Notes under the pieces: generated by a model
What the model was told of the DNA's origin: nothing
What the model saw: only the letters and a program-made list of their open reading frames with translations
The model's database searches: none
Shown: piece after piece, positions 47,805 to 58,346 of the stretch
Position numbering within the stretch: position 1 is the stretch's first letter
Layout of the letters: each line of letters begins with the position of its first letter
From: Bdellovibrionota bacterium
GTDB lineage: Bacteria > Bdellovibrionota_G > JALEGL01 > DATDPG01
Assembly: GCA_963668355.1 (NCBI GenBank)
Contig: OY764265.1
Span: 1,952,001-2,016,000, forward strand
Length of the DNA: 64,000 bases
Direction: 5' to 3'
Program-made: the position numbers and the translations under genes

Positions 47805-50800
47805 ATGCGAAGAATGAAATCAGTCGGCGTAGATATCGGGGCTCTTTTTTTCAAAGCGGTAGCGGTCAGCGCGCAAGGCGAGTTACTGGGAACTTTTTAT
47901 GAGCGTCATTTGGGCGAGCCGGGAGAATTGCTGGCTCAAGCTTTTGAAACCCTTCAAGTTCAACCCGAAGACCGTCTTTGTTTTTCTGGATGCAATGGAG
48001 AGTTTTTTGCCAGATTGTTGGGGGCTCCTTATCGAGAAGTGACGCTGTGTCAGATTGATGCCATCCGAACGCAGGTTCCGGATGCCAAATATGTCATGGA
48101 TATTGGTGGGGCCTCGGCCACGCTGATCCAATTGAATGGCCAAGGAAAGTTTCAGGGATATTCCACAAACTCTCTTTGTGCCGCAGGGACGGGATCCTTT
48201 TTGGATGAACAAGCTGGTCGTTTGGGCATTTCCTACGAAGACACCAAAAATTATTTACACAATCCCAATCCTCCTACGATTGCCACGCGATGCACGGTTT
48301 TTGCCAAAAGCGACCTGATCCATCGACAGCAAGAGGGATGTTCCCGAGGGGATATGTGGTCGGGGTTATGTCGGGGGATGACCAAGACCCTTCTGGGGAC
48401 GTTGCTCAGTGGTCGTCCTCTGGATGGAAAAACATTGGTGATCGGAGGCGTGGCTTTAAATCAGGAAGTTATCCGTTGGCTAGAAATTGCCTATCCGGAT
48501 CTCATTCAGGTTCCTCAGCACCCTCATTTGTTGGCTGCTTTAGGAGCTGTGGAACATGCATCCAAACCCGAGAAAGAGATTTCAGAACTCTTTTCTTCGA
48601 AAACGGAAAAAGACAGTGATGTGGCTAGATTCCCCTGGCCTCTAAGCATGGAAAAGTCGAACTATCCTTCTTTTGAAACGCAAGAAGCGTATGAAGATGA
48701 AGACAAAAATGAAGTTCGTGTGACCGCGTGGAATTCGGGAGAAGCAAAACGCGTTTATCTGGGCATTGATATCGGATCCACGAGCACCAAAGTGGTGTTG
48801 ATGGATGAAACCAAACACGTCATTGCGGATATTTATCGAAAAACATCTGGGGACCCCATTGGAGCGACCAAACTTGTTTTTAAAGCCATCCGTGAGCTGT
48901 CTGCCCGAAAGGATGCATCGATCCATATTTTGGGTGTGGGAACCACGGGAAGTGGGCGAAAGATTGTTGGAGAGGTCATTGGAGCCGATGCGGTGATTAA
49001 CGAAATCTCTGCTCATGTTGCCGGGGCTGCTCAAACCGATCCCACGATTGATACGATTTTTGAAATTGGAGGCCAAGATGCCAAGTACATGCATTTGGTG
49101 GATGGCCATATTCGTGACTCCAATATGAACTATGTCTGCGCCGCAGGGACAGGGTCTTTTGTCGAAGAACAGGCCAATAAATTGGGTTACAAGGTTTCCG
49201 AGGCGGGACCCAAAGTTTTGGGCATTACGCCCCCAAGGGCCACCGACCGTTGCACGGTCTTTATGGAACAAGACATGGGCAAACTGATTCAATCCGGAGC
49301 CTCTCCGGAAGAAGCTTTTGCAGCCGTGATGGTTTCCGTCACCAAAAACTATTTGAATAAAGTGGTTGGGAATCGATATCGGTCCAGAGATAAGATTTTT
49401 TTTCAAGGTGCGACGGCTCGGAATCCCGCATTGGTTGCTGCTTTTGAACGTCTCTTGGATGTTGAGATTGTCGTTTCCCCGTATTGCCATGTGATGGGTT
49501 CATACGGGGTGGCATTGCTCACCCGAGAAGCCATGCTTGAGAAAAATGCGGAACGAAGTGAATTCCGGGGTTTAGATTTGGATCAACGTCAAATCACGCT
49601 TCGAAAAGAGAAGTGTGAACTATGTCAAAATGATTGCGAAATCACTTACGCCGATATCGACGGGGTGGAGGAAAGTCCCTCTTGGGGGTACCTCTGTGGT
49701 CGAGAACCCGGCGAAAAGAAAATGAAGCTGACCTCGCATGGTCGATTGCTCAGAAAACGCCGAAAAATGTGGCTTGAAGCTGGACGTGGAGTGAAGGTTC
49801 CTGATTATGCTCCCCTAATTGGAATTCCTCAGGCCCTCACGACCTTCACGTATTTTCCTCTGTGGCGTCGTTTCTTTAATCGTTTGGGCTATCGTGTGGT
49901 TCTCTCCGGAGAAACCAAACAAGGTGTGCGGGATTTGGGTGGACGCTTGAGTGGCGCGGATTTTTGTTTTCCGGCCAAAGTGTTTTTAGGACATGCCGGA
50001 AAACTCGCAACTCAAGAGGGGGTCGATTTCATTTTTCTTCCTCAGATGAAAAATGAAGAAGCCAATGAACATGTTACGACGACTACGTTTTGCCCATACT
50101 CTCAAGCTGCACCGGCCTATACCAAAGCAGCGTTTGAGTTGAATGGAATGGATACGGCCCGCATTTTAGATCCGGTCGTGGATTTAAAGATTCCCACGCC
50201 GAAAACGGTTAAGAAATTGGCTCGTGGTTTGGCCAAAAAACTGAAACGAAATGCAAACCAAATTGAACGAGCTTGGGTGGAGGCATTATCAATTCAACGC
50301 GAGTTTGAGTCTCGTTGTCGAGAGGAAGGTCAAAGGGCCATTGAAGAAGCCAAGGCAAAAGGGGAGAAACTCTTGGTTTTGGTTGGCCGTCCTTACAATA
50401 TCTATGATCCTGGTTTGAATCTGGGTCTTCCCGAAAAAATTGCCGAACAAGGGCGAACGGTATTGCCTTTGGATTGGTTGACGTTGGATTTTTCAACGTT
50501 AGGGGATCGCTATGGAAATACCTATTGGGGATATGGCCAAAAGATTTTGGCGGCCTTAGAGGAGGTTTCCCGAAACGAGTTGTTTGACGCGGTTTATTTT
50601 ACGAATTTTAGCTGTGGGCCGGATAGCTTTCTGCTCAACTATGCCTCGGAAATCATGGGGAATAAGCCTTTCTTGGCGTTGGAGCTGGATGAGCACGGAT
50701 CGAACACAGGCTATATCACTCGGATTGAGGCCTTTTTTGATGTTCTTCGTCGACCTCGAAAGGCGAGTGAAAGTCAGCGCAAAACGTGGCATATGCCGAA

Positions 50801-52067
50801 TGATTTTCGAGAACGGACCATCTGGGTTCCCAATATGCATGCTTTTTCGACCGAGTTTTTGGCCGCGGCTCTTCGAAGCAATGGTTATGACGCTCGTTCT
50901 CTTCCCTTGGAAACGGAAGGATCTTTTGAAGTGGGCCGATCGGTGACGAGAGGTTCAGAGTGTCTACCCACATCCTTGACCATTGGAAGTCTTCTGACGG
51001 TTTTACGGAAATCCGAAAAAGGAAGTAAGCACGGGTTTTTTATGCCGACGGCGCAAGGTCCATGTCGATTTGGTCAGTACATCACGCTGCATCGACAAAT
51101 TTTGGACCGAGAGGGCTTTGGAGACGTACCCATCTTTTCCCCTCAGCACTACAAAGGGTTTGCGGGATTGGATGGATCCGTTCGTCAAAGCATTTTCAAA
51201 GGAATGCTGGTGGGTGATGTGTTCATGAAATCAGGGTGTCGCATTCGGCCATATGAAAAAGAAGTTGGGGAAACCAACCATCGCTTGGAAACGTGGATGC
51301 ATCGAATGGCGAAGATCATTCAAGAAAATGGTGACATTGAAGCGGGGGTTCGGGAGGCCGTGAATGATTTCATGACCATTCCGGTTCACAAAGGCCGGCG
51401 AAAACCGATTGTTGGCGTGGTGGGCGAGATTTATGTGCGCAATAACAGCTATGCCAACGAGAATGTCATTCGATCCATTGAAAAATTGGGAGCCGAAGCT
51501 TGGATGACTCCCTTGAGTGAGTGGCTGTTGTATACGAACTCCCTCTACAACGTTTTTGAGCATCATGGATACAAGGTTTCCAAGGGATTGTTGAAAGCCT
51601 ATTTGCAGTATCGGTGGATGTGCCATTGGGAACATAAATTATACAGAGCGGCCTCCCCACTTTTGGATGAACGCCATGAGCCTCCTCTAAAGAGTGTATT
51701 GAAGGAAGGGCATCGTTATCTCACGGAGAACACGGGCGGAGAAGCTCTCTTGACCATTGGTCGAGCCGTGAAATATGCGCATCAGGGTGCGGCGATGGTG
51801 GTCAACGTGGCTCCCTTTAGTTGTATGCCGGGAACCATCACCACGGCTCTGTTTAGAGATATTTCCGCGAAGCTTCATATGCCCATCGTAAATATGTTTT
51901 ACGACGGGACGGGGGGGCAAAACCGACGTTTGGAAGTCTATCTTCGTACGGCGATGAATTCAGATCACGCGGAGTTTGCGAAGAATGCGATTGAATTGCC
52001 TTCCCTCCCAGATTCTGCGGATGCGTGGGTTCCTCCGGCGGATCACTCGAAAGATCTTCAAATCTGA
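47805..52067 (+). CDS. CoA-substrate-specific enzyme activase (tandem BadF/HgdC ATPase modules plus DUF2229/dehydratase-like C-terminus)
   Basis: G.DIG, CAAGTGSF (twice), CTVF (twice), GIDIGSTSTK, EIGGQDAK, CFPAK, FSCGPD and GPCRFGQY. Confidence 0.9.
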   Translation: MRRMKSVGVDIGALFFKAVAVSAQGELLGTFYERHLGEPGELLAQAFETLQVQPEDRLCFSGCNGEFFARLLGAPYREVTLCQIDAIRTQVPDAKYVMDIGGASATLIQLNGQGKFQGYSTNSLCAAGTGSFLDEQAGRLGISYEDTKNYLHNPNPPTIATRCTVFAKSDLIHRQQEGCSRGDMWSGLCRGMTKTLLGTLLSGRPLDGKTLVIGGVALNQEVIRWLEIAYPDLIQVPQHPHLLAALGAVEHASKPEKEISELFSSKTEKDSDVARFPWPLSMEKSNYPSFETQEAYEDEDKNEVRVTAWNSGEAKRVYLGIDIGSTSTKVVLMDETKHVIADIYRKTSGDPIGATKLVFKAIRELSARKDASIHILGVGTTGSGRKIVGEVIGADAVINEISAHVAGAAQTDPTIDTIFEIGGQDAKYMHLVDGHIRDSNMNYVCAAGTGSFVEEQANKLGYKVSEAGPKVLGITPPRATDRCTVFMEQDMGKLIQSGASPEEAFAAVMVSVTKNYLNKVVGNRYRSRDKIFFQGATARNPALVAAFERLLDVEIVVSPYCHVMGSYGVALLTREAMLEKNAERSEFRGLDLDQRQITLRKEKCELCQNDCEITYADIDGVEESPSWGYLCGREPGEKKMKLTSHGRLLRKRRKMWLEAGRGVKVPDYAPLIGIPQALTTFTYFPLWRRFFNRLGYRVVLSGETKQGVRDLGGRLSGADFCFPAKVFLGHAGKLATQEGVDFIFLPQMKNEEANEHVTTTTFCPYSQAAPAYTKAAFELNGMDTARILDPVVDLKIPTPKTVKKLARGLAKKLKRNANQIERAWVEALSIQREFESRCREEGQRAIEEAKAKGEKLLVLVGRPYNIYDPGLNLGLPEKIAEQGRTVLPLDWLTLDFSTLGDRYGNTYWGYGQKILAALEEVSRNELFDAVYFTNFSCGPDSFLLNYASEIMGNKPFLALELDEHGSNTGYITRIEAFFDVLRRPRKASESQRKTWHMPNDFRERTIWVPNMHAFSTEFLAAALRSNGYDARSLPLETEGSFEVGRSVTRGSECLPTSLTIGSLLTVLRKSEKGSKHGFFMPTAQGPCRFGQYITLHRQILDREGFGDVPIFSPQHYKGFAGLDGSVRQSIFKGMLVGDVFMKSGCRIRPYEKEVGETNHRLETWMHRMAKIIQENGDIEAGVREAVNDFMTIPVHKGRRKPIVGVVGEIYVRNNSYANENVIRSIEKLGAEAWMTPLSEWLLYTNSLYNVFEHHGYKVSKGLLKAYLQYRWMCHWEHKLYRAASPLLDERHEPPLKSVLKEGHRYLTENTGGEALLTIGRAVKYAHQGAAMVVNVAPFSCMPGTITTALFRDISAKLHMPIVNMFYDGTGGQNRRLEVYLRTAMNSDHAEFAKNAIELPSLPDSADAWVPPADHSKDLQI

Positions 52068-52193
52068 ATAATCTCAGCTGATCTAACATGAAGCAGAAAA
52101 AGAGGTTTTTTTGATCTTTTTTATTGAAACGTGAAGCGTTTGACGCATTATGTACGCCAAAAAAAATGCGAAAGCTGTTGATAAGGAGCCAGC

Positions 52194-53363
52194 ATGGACT
52201 ATTTCCTCACAGATGAACAAAAAGAGTTTAAAAAATTAGCCGAAGACATTGCCGAGAAGGAAATCCGACCCATTTCAGCGGAAGCGGATCGGTCGGGCGA
52301 GTTTCCTTGGGGACCGGTAAAAGTCATGGCTGAAACGGATTTGTTTCGCGTGCTCATTGAGGAAGAGTATGAAGGAATGGACTGCGGAACGCCGATCATG
52401 AATATGGCGGTGTGCACAGAGGCTCTATCTAAAGCCTGCGGTGGAATTGCCCTGGCTTTTTCTGCGACGGCGTTGGGCACGTTACCCATCATCCTTTCCG
52501 CCAGCAAAGAGCAAAAAGCGAAATGGCTTCCGCAGATCGCATCTGGAAAACGGTTAGCTGCCTTTGCACTCACCGAGGCCAATGCGGGTTCGGATGCCGG
52601 TGGGATTCGGACCACCGCTCAAAAAGACGGGGATCATTATATTCTCAATGGCACAAAACAATGGATCACCAATGGCGGCGAAGCTGAAATCTATACCGTA
52701 TTTGCCTTGACCAACCCGGCCAAGGGTCCTCGGGGAGCTTCCTGTTTTATTGTTGAGAAGGACACTCCGGGTTTCACGTTTGGTAAAAAAGAAGACAAAA
52801 TGGGGATTCGGGCCTCCGCGACGCGGGAATTGATTTTTGAAAACTGTCGGGTTCCGGCAGAAAATCTGGTTGGGCGAGAGGGAACGGGATTCATTACGGC
52901 CATGAAAGTTTTTGATGCTTCTCGACCTGGAGTTGCCTCCCAAGCCGTTGGGATCGCCCAAGGAGCACTCGACCTCGCCGTTGAATATGCGTGTACCCGC
53001 AGGCAATTTGGCTCTCCTGTTTCTTCTTTCCAAGGTTTGGGCTTCATGTTGGCCGATATGGCCATGAAAACCGAAGCGGCTCGTGCGCTCACGTATTCAG
53101 TGGCTAGGCACATTGATTCGAATCCGAAAGATCGACCGACCAAATGGGCGGCCATGTCGAAGTGCTTTGCGGGGGATGTTGCGGTGGAAGTCGCAACCAA
53201 TGCCATTCAGGTCTATGGCGGTTATGGCTATATGCGTGAATATCCAATTGAAAAGTATTTGCGAGACGCGAAAATTACTCAGATTTATGAAGGCACGAAT
53301 CAAATCCAGCGAGATGAGATTGCTAGGGCCTTGGTCAGTGATTTTCACGCGGGTCGGAAGTAA
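52194..53363 (+). CDS. Acyl-CoA dehydrogenase
   Basis: FALTE.NAGSD, LNGTKQWITNG, KMGIRAS, RRQFG, GGYGY and IYEGTNQIQR. Confidence 0.96.
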   Translation: MDYFLTDEQKEFKKLAEDIAEKEIRPISAEADRSGEFPWGPVKVMAETDLFRVLIEEEYEGMDCGTPIMNMAVCTEALSKACGGIALAFSATALGTLPIILSASKEQKAKWLPQIASGKRLAAFALTEANAGSDAGGIRTTAQKDGDHYILNGTKQWITNGGEAEIYTVFALTNPAKGPRGASCFIVEKDTPGFTFGKKEDKMGIRASATRELIFENCRVPAENLVGREGTGFITAMKVFDASRPGVASQAVGIAQGALDLAVEYACTRRQFGSPVSSFQGLGFMLADMAMKTEAARALTYSVARHIDSNPKDRPTKWAAMSKCFAGDVAVEVATNAIQVYGGYGYMREYPIEKYLRDAKITQIYEGTNQIQRDEIARALVSDFHAGRK

Positions 53364-53438
53364 CCTCACCCAAGGAATTTCAAAATTTAAGGAATTTTTT
53401 CAATTGCGGCGTTTCGTCGTATGATGGATTCCTGAGTT

Positions 53439-54233
53439 ATGGCCCGAAATTACGAACCTAAAGTCTCGTTTCAGACTCCTCATTTGGAACTTGGCCGAGG
53501 CATTATTTCCAACCTATCGGATCAAGGCCTGGATCTCCAGACCATTGAAAAACTGGTGGTTGGGGATGAAGTCGAGATGAATATCCGACTTCTGCTGGGA
53601 AAAAACGCCATGGATTGTACGGTCCAGGGGAAAATCGTGAAGAAAATTGGCGTCGCTCGTCCCTTGAACGGGTATCGGTTGGGTTTTGGCGACAAACTTC
53701 CGGCGCCAACCCGGACGATGATCCAAAAACTGACCTTAGAGGAGGAACAGCTTAAAAAGCAAAACGCACTTCTTTCCAAAACCCGGATTAAGTCGGACTC
53801 GGTTCAAAAAAAGGCTGAAGATATCTTCATCAATTACGAAGCGGATCCTTTGTATAAGGCAACTCCGAAGAAAGATGGAGGGCAAGACACCAAGAAACTC
53901 TTGATCGGGCTTCTCATTGTTTTTGGGGCTGTTGTTTTATTAAAAGCCGGATCTTGGCTATTGGCGGAAATGGCGTCTGGAAAAGTTCCGTCCAGTATTC
54001 CGATCGTGGGTTTTGAAGATGAGGACGGAACGATGTTGGTCGAAGTGGGGCAGGAATGGATGCTCAAGAGTCGAGATCAACGCCAGGAAGATCTGGAAGA
54101 GTTGATTCGTGTATTGCATAAAGAAAATTATGACTCGGCCATTCTCAATGACCCTCATGGAAAGAGACTTGCCCGCGTTGTGATGCAACAAGGTGCCCCT
54201 CCTGAAAAAGCCCTCATCTTTATGGAGGAATAA
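53439..54233 (+). CDS. PilZ-like domain membrane protein
   Basis: NLSDQG (D/NxSxxG), G.IV and G..F, then a TM helix. No clear RxxxR. Confidence 0.6.
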   Translation: MARNYEPKVSFQTPHLELGRGIISNLSDQGLDLQTIEKLVVGDEVEMNIRLLLGKNAMDCTVQGKIVKKIGVARPLNGYRLGFGDKLPAPTRTMIQKLTLEEEQLKKQNALLSKTRIKSDSVQKKAEDIFINYEADPLYKATPKKDGGQDTKKLLIGLLIVFGAVVLLKAGSWLLAEMASGKVPSSIPIVGFEDEDGTMLVEVGQEWMLKSRDQRQEDLEELIRVLHKENYDSAILNDPHGKRLARVVMQQGAPPEKALIFMEE

Positions 54234-54283
54234 CTTCCGGGAGCCGAGAGAAGTTCGCTGTAACCCGTTCTGTAACCGAATTT

Positions 54284-57200
54284 TTATAGTTTCCAGACCT
54301 GCGTGCCTTTTTGAGCAATGGACAGGACTTCCCCACGAAAACCGATTTTTACTGGTCCCGCGCCACCTTCTTCCATGGTTACGCGTAAATAGTTGGAGGT
54401 AACTTGAATCGCTAACCAGCGTCCTCGGTATTGAATTCGGAGTTTTAGCTGAGAAAGTTGCTCTGGAAGGCAGGGGTCGAACCAAAGGACATCGTCACGG
54501 ATCGCCATCCCCAAATCCCCTCGTTGAATCAAATCAACCGTTCCAGCCATGGCGCCGAGGTGAATTCCCTCTGGGGTTGTTCCTCCCTGAATGTCTTCGA
54601 CGTCACTTTTCAAAGCTTCGATGAAATATTTCCAGGAAGTTTCACGATCTGCTCTTGCTAGAACCCAAGAGTGGACGATGCGGCTGAGCGTTGATCCATG
54701 CGAAGTCCGTTTTTGGTAGTAGTCGATGTTTTTCAGAATCATTTCTTGATCAATGGAATAGCCCAGTCGGTCAAAAACCTGGATCAAGCGTTCTGGGGAT
54801 AAAAGGTAAAAGAGCATGAGGACATCGCATTGCTTGGCCAGTTTGTAGCGATTGGTTGAGTCGCCTTCCGCTCCCAGCAAACGGTCCAATCGTTGAATAT
54901 TTCCCCATTTGCGACGAGCTTCCTGCCAGTCAAACTCCTCAAGATTTTCATACCCCTCGAATTGACTGATGATGTTGTCGTCGTGGAAAGGAACGAACAT
55001 TTTTTTTGAAATGGCCTCCCATCGGGCCAATTCGCGGTCATTGATTCCCAAGCCTCGCCGAAGTTCAAGGGCTCTCTTTTGAGGGAGAATCTCCAAAACT
55101 TCGGAGGCGCGTGTGACGAGCCAAGCCGTCATAATATTCGTGTAAGCATTGTTATCCAGCCCCGGTTTGTCTGTATCCGGATACTGCGTGTGGTATTCGT
55201 CGGGGCCGACAACACCTTTGATCTCGAAACGATCTTTTTCTGAATTGAAGGTCGCAATGCTGGAGAAGAACCTTGCAATTTCAAGGATCATCTTGGCTCC
55301 ATAGTGAGATAAAAAGTGGATGTCTGCCGTGGCCTGAAAGTATGCAAATACATTGTAGACAATGGCAATATTGATATGCACTTGACGGTGCGTATTGTCC
55401 GGGACCCATTTTCCAGAATTTGGATTCAAATGAAGAACCTGGGTTTCCTCTTTCCCGCTGCTCCCACTTTGCCAGGGATACATGGCTCCTTTGTATCCAT
55501 GGCTCTTGGCATTGAGCCTGGCTTCGTGCAGGCGTCGATAGCGATACATGAGTAAGGATCGCGTGATCATGGGAATGCGCATGTTGAGAAAGGGGAAGAT
55601 ATAAATCTCATCCCAGAAAATATGGCCTCGATAGGCCTCTCCATGCCAGCCTCTCGCAGGAATTCCAGCATCCAAGTCGGTCGTGTGAACGGAAGCTGTT
55701 TGGAGTAAGTGAAAAATATGTAGACGCAGGATGTTTTGAACCGACTGACTTCCGTCAATCGTAATGTCGCATCGATTCCATAATCTCCACCACGCTCGGG
55801 CATGGCTTTTCAACAGTCCGTCAAAATCATCTGCTTCCGTGACGCTCTTTATGGCCTCACACCCTGCTTCGCTAATGCCAGCGTCTTTTGAGGTGAAGAG
55901 CGAAACGGTTTTTTCCAATTGAAGGGTTTGTCCTTCTTCACATGGAATGGAAACCAATTGGGATACATAGTCTTCTCGGCATTCAATTTTGGGAGAAAGA
56001 TGGGTTTCTTCCATGTTTTTGAAAACCTTCAGGCGAGCTGCTTGGACCATTTCCACACGCGATTGAGTGGTTCGCACACGAAGGGCGATCGTGTGGTCTT
56101 GTTTCCAGGTTTCGAGAGCGTCAAGATGTTGGCTATTGAGCTCTCGATAACGTTTCACTCCAGAATTGATGACGCGTCCATCCAGGGCTGAACGCACTTC
56201 AATTTTCCCGGACCAATTTTGGGGGGTGATTTTCCACTGAAGGGCAGCCAAGTGATGGTCTCCCATGTGGACCAATCTTCGGGAATGCAGCTCGGTGATC
56301 CGACCTTGCGGGTCTTGAAAAAGAATCACCCGTTCGAGAATTCCTTCTCTAAGATCAAGGTCTTGACGAAATTCTTTGAGGGTTCCTTTTCGAAGATCAA
56401 ACCAATTCGATTCTCCTTCGTGTCTGAAACTCAAAGGCAGCCAGTTTGGCCAATTCACCAGGTCTTCATTGACGATGTCCCGGCCTGAAATTTTGGTGGT
56501 CAGTCGATTGTATCCTCCCGCCAAATAAGTTCCCGGGTAGTGGCAATCTTCCTCCGCATCTCGCTCTTCGGCCGCTCCACGCGTGGCAAAATATCCATTT
56601 CCCAAGGTGCAAAGAGCCTCTCTCAACAACTCTTGCTTTGGTTCGAACTGATTGTACGAGAAAACCCATCCAGACCTTTCGAGGTCGCGTTGTTCATTCC
56701 CCAAAATTCGATTTAAAAAAATCTTAACTTCATCCACATCGTTTAAAGAATATTGGGCCGAGGTTTTCCACTCCGGTGTGCCCACAAAAATTCCCAGTCC
56801 ATCTTTTTCAAATGCCCGGAAGCCATCTTCATCCGTAAGGTCATCGCCGATGAAAACAGGAAAGATGTTGTCGTCGAGAAATCCCATCTGTTCCATCAAC
56901 CAGCGCGCACCTTTTCCTTTGTCCCAGTCAAATTTCGGACGTAGCTCAATGGTTTTCTTTCCGTACGTTTTTTTGAGCGTAACCGTGGTGGAAAGAAAAT
57001 GATCAATGAATGGCTCGATTTGAGAAATGTATTTAGCTTCTACGTTTCGGTAGTGGATCGCCAGCGCAAATTTTTTGGCTTCTAAGAACACCCCAGGGAT
57101 GTCCTTTAGGACTTCAGAGAGCTCTTTTTTGGCCTTTTCCAGATCCGGAAGAGCCACCTGTCCGTCCGGGTGTTCGTAGCGAATGTTCTGGGGACCCCGG

Positions 57201-58264
57201 ATGTCATAGCCATGACTCCCGATATAAAAAAGATCTGAAATACCCACGGATCGTTCCAAGTCCAATCGGTCTCTTCCGCTCACGATGGTGACGGGGCTTA
57301 AAAGCGAAATCTCTTGAAGGAGATTCTTCATTTCGAAGGAAAGTTTGGCTTGTTCGGGATGTTTGACGATTGGGGTGAGAGTTCCATCGAAGTCGAAGAA
57401 AAAAGCAACCCGCATCGTGCGAAAACGTTGTTGGATCTGATTGAAACATTTCAACGCGGATGGGGGGCGATGCCATTGCCTTCGCTCGGGCTGGGTTCCT
57501 TTGACAAAGGAAAGCTCTCCCACAGAAGGAATGACGATGTCAGCTCCGGCTTTGACCAAAATTTCTGGACGCCGTACTCGATCAATGCCGATGCTTAGTC
57601 CCACGCCTCCGGCTTTGGCAGCTTGCAGCGCACCTGGAGAGTCATCCAGAACGGCGCAACGCGAAGGATCCACATTGAGTATCCAACATGCGTGAAGTAA
57701 AGCGTCGGGATCAGGTTTTCCGTTGAGTTGTAGGCGACTGGCCAAACGTCCATCGACCACCGCATCCAGAAAAGGATAAATCCCTGTGGTTTTTAAGACG
57801 CGAACACACTCCCGACTGAACGAGACGACGCCGATTTTGATCCCACGACTTCTCCAGACCTTTATTTGTTCGAAGGTGTCTTCGTAAAGAGAGGCCCCTT
57901 TGTCCTCTAAAAGCTCTCGAAAAATACGATCTTTTTTATTTCCCAAGGCCCAGGCGGTGCTTTTTTGGGCTGAATCGTCTTCGTAATGGCCTTTGGGGAT
58001 TTGGATTCCGCGAGCTGCAAGCAAGTCTTGGATTCCCTTTTCGCAAGGTCGACCCGCCAGAAAATCCTCATAATCCGAGTCATATAAATCGGTCGAATAG
58101 GCTTGGTCGGTTAAATCTTTCTGGTTTTGGAAAAAATCCTTGAGGACTAAGGTCCAAGCCTCTTTGTGAAGGGAATCGGTTCGGGTGATGACTCCGCCCA
58201 GGCCTAATATGATGGCATCAAAGTCGTCCACATTGGGCCAGAACTCAGGTGCAGCTGATTTCAT
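54284..58264 (-). CDS. HAD (beta-PGM-like) / trehalose-6-phosphate phosphatase / GH65 fusion (OtsB1-like architecture)
   Basis: TPP motifs FDFDGTL, SGR, GSHG and GDDLTDED. GH65 motifs LGNGY.ATRG, GHIFWDE, GPDEYH and KQ.D. Confidence 0.92.
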   Translation of the reverse strand: MKSAAPEFWPNVDDFDAIILGLGGVITRTDSLHKEAWTLVLKDFFQNQKDLTDQAYSTDLYDSDYEDFLAGRPCEKGIQDLLAARGIQIPKGHYEDDSAQKSTAWALGNKKDRIFRELLEDKGASLYEDTFEQIKVWRSRGIKIGVVSFSRECVRVLKTTGIYPFLDAVVDGRLASRLQLNGKPDPDALLHACWILNVDPSRCAVLDDSPGALQAAKAGGVGLSIGIDRVRRPEILVKAGADIVIPSVGELSFVKGTQPERRQWHRPPSALKCFNQIQQRFRTMRVAFFFDFDGTLTPIVKHPEQAKLSFEMKNLLQEISLLSPVTIVSGRDRLDLERSVGISDLFYIGSHGYDIRGPQNIRYEHPDGQVALPDLEKAKKELSEVLKDIPGVFLEAKKFALAIHYRNVEAKYISQIEPFIDHFLSTTVTLKKTYGKKTIELRPKFDWDKGKGARWLMEQMGFLDDNIFPVFIGDDLTDEDGFRAFEKDGLGIFVGTPEWKTSAQYSLNDVDEVKIFLNRILGNEQRDLERSGWVFSYNQFEPKQELLREALCTLGNGYFATRGAAEERDAEEDCHYPGTYLAGGYNRLTTKISGRDIVNEDLVNWPNWLPLSFRHEGESNWFDLRKGTLKEFRQDLDLREGILERVILFQDPQGRITELHSRRLVHMGDHHLAALQWKITPQNWSGKIEVRSALDGRVINSGVKRYRELNSQHLDALETWKQDHTIALRVRTTQSRVEMVQAARLKVFKNMEETHLSPKIECREDYVSQLVSIPCEEGQTLQLEKTVSLFTSKDAGISEAGCEAIKSVTEADDFDGLLKSHARAWWRLWNRCDITIDGSQSVQNILRLHIFHLLQTASVHTTDLDAGIPARGWHGEAYRGHIFWDEIYIFPFLNMRIPMITRSLLMYRYRRLHEARLNAKSHGYKGAMYPWQSGSSGKEETQVLHLNPNSGKWVPDNTHRQVHINIAIVYNVFAYFQATADIHFLSHYGAKMILEIARFFSSIATFNSEKDRFEIKGVVGPDEYHTQYPDTDKPGLDNNAYTNIMTAWLVTRASEVLEILPQKRALELRRGLGINDRELARWEAISKKMFVPFHDDNIISQFEGYENLEEFDWQEARRKWGNIQRLDRLLGAEGDSTNRYKLAKQCDVLMLFYLLSPERLIQVFDRLGYSIDQEMILKNIDYYQKRTSHGSTLSRIVHSWVLARADRETSWKYFIEALKSDVEDIQGGTTPEGIHLGAMAGTVDLIQRGDLGMAIRDDVLWFDPCLPEQLSQLKLRIQYRGRWLAIQVTSNYLRVTMEEGGAGPVKIGFRGEVLSIAQKGTQVWKL

Positions 58265-58346
58265 TTGCTCCTCTTAGGGTTGAGATGGGCCACCTTCAAA
58301 AAAGATAAGATACTGAAACTCAAAGAGAATTTCAATTTTCAGGGGA

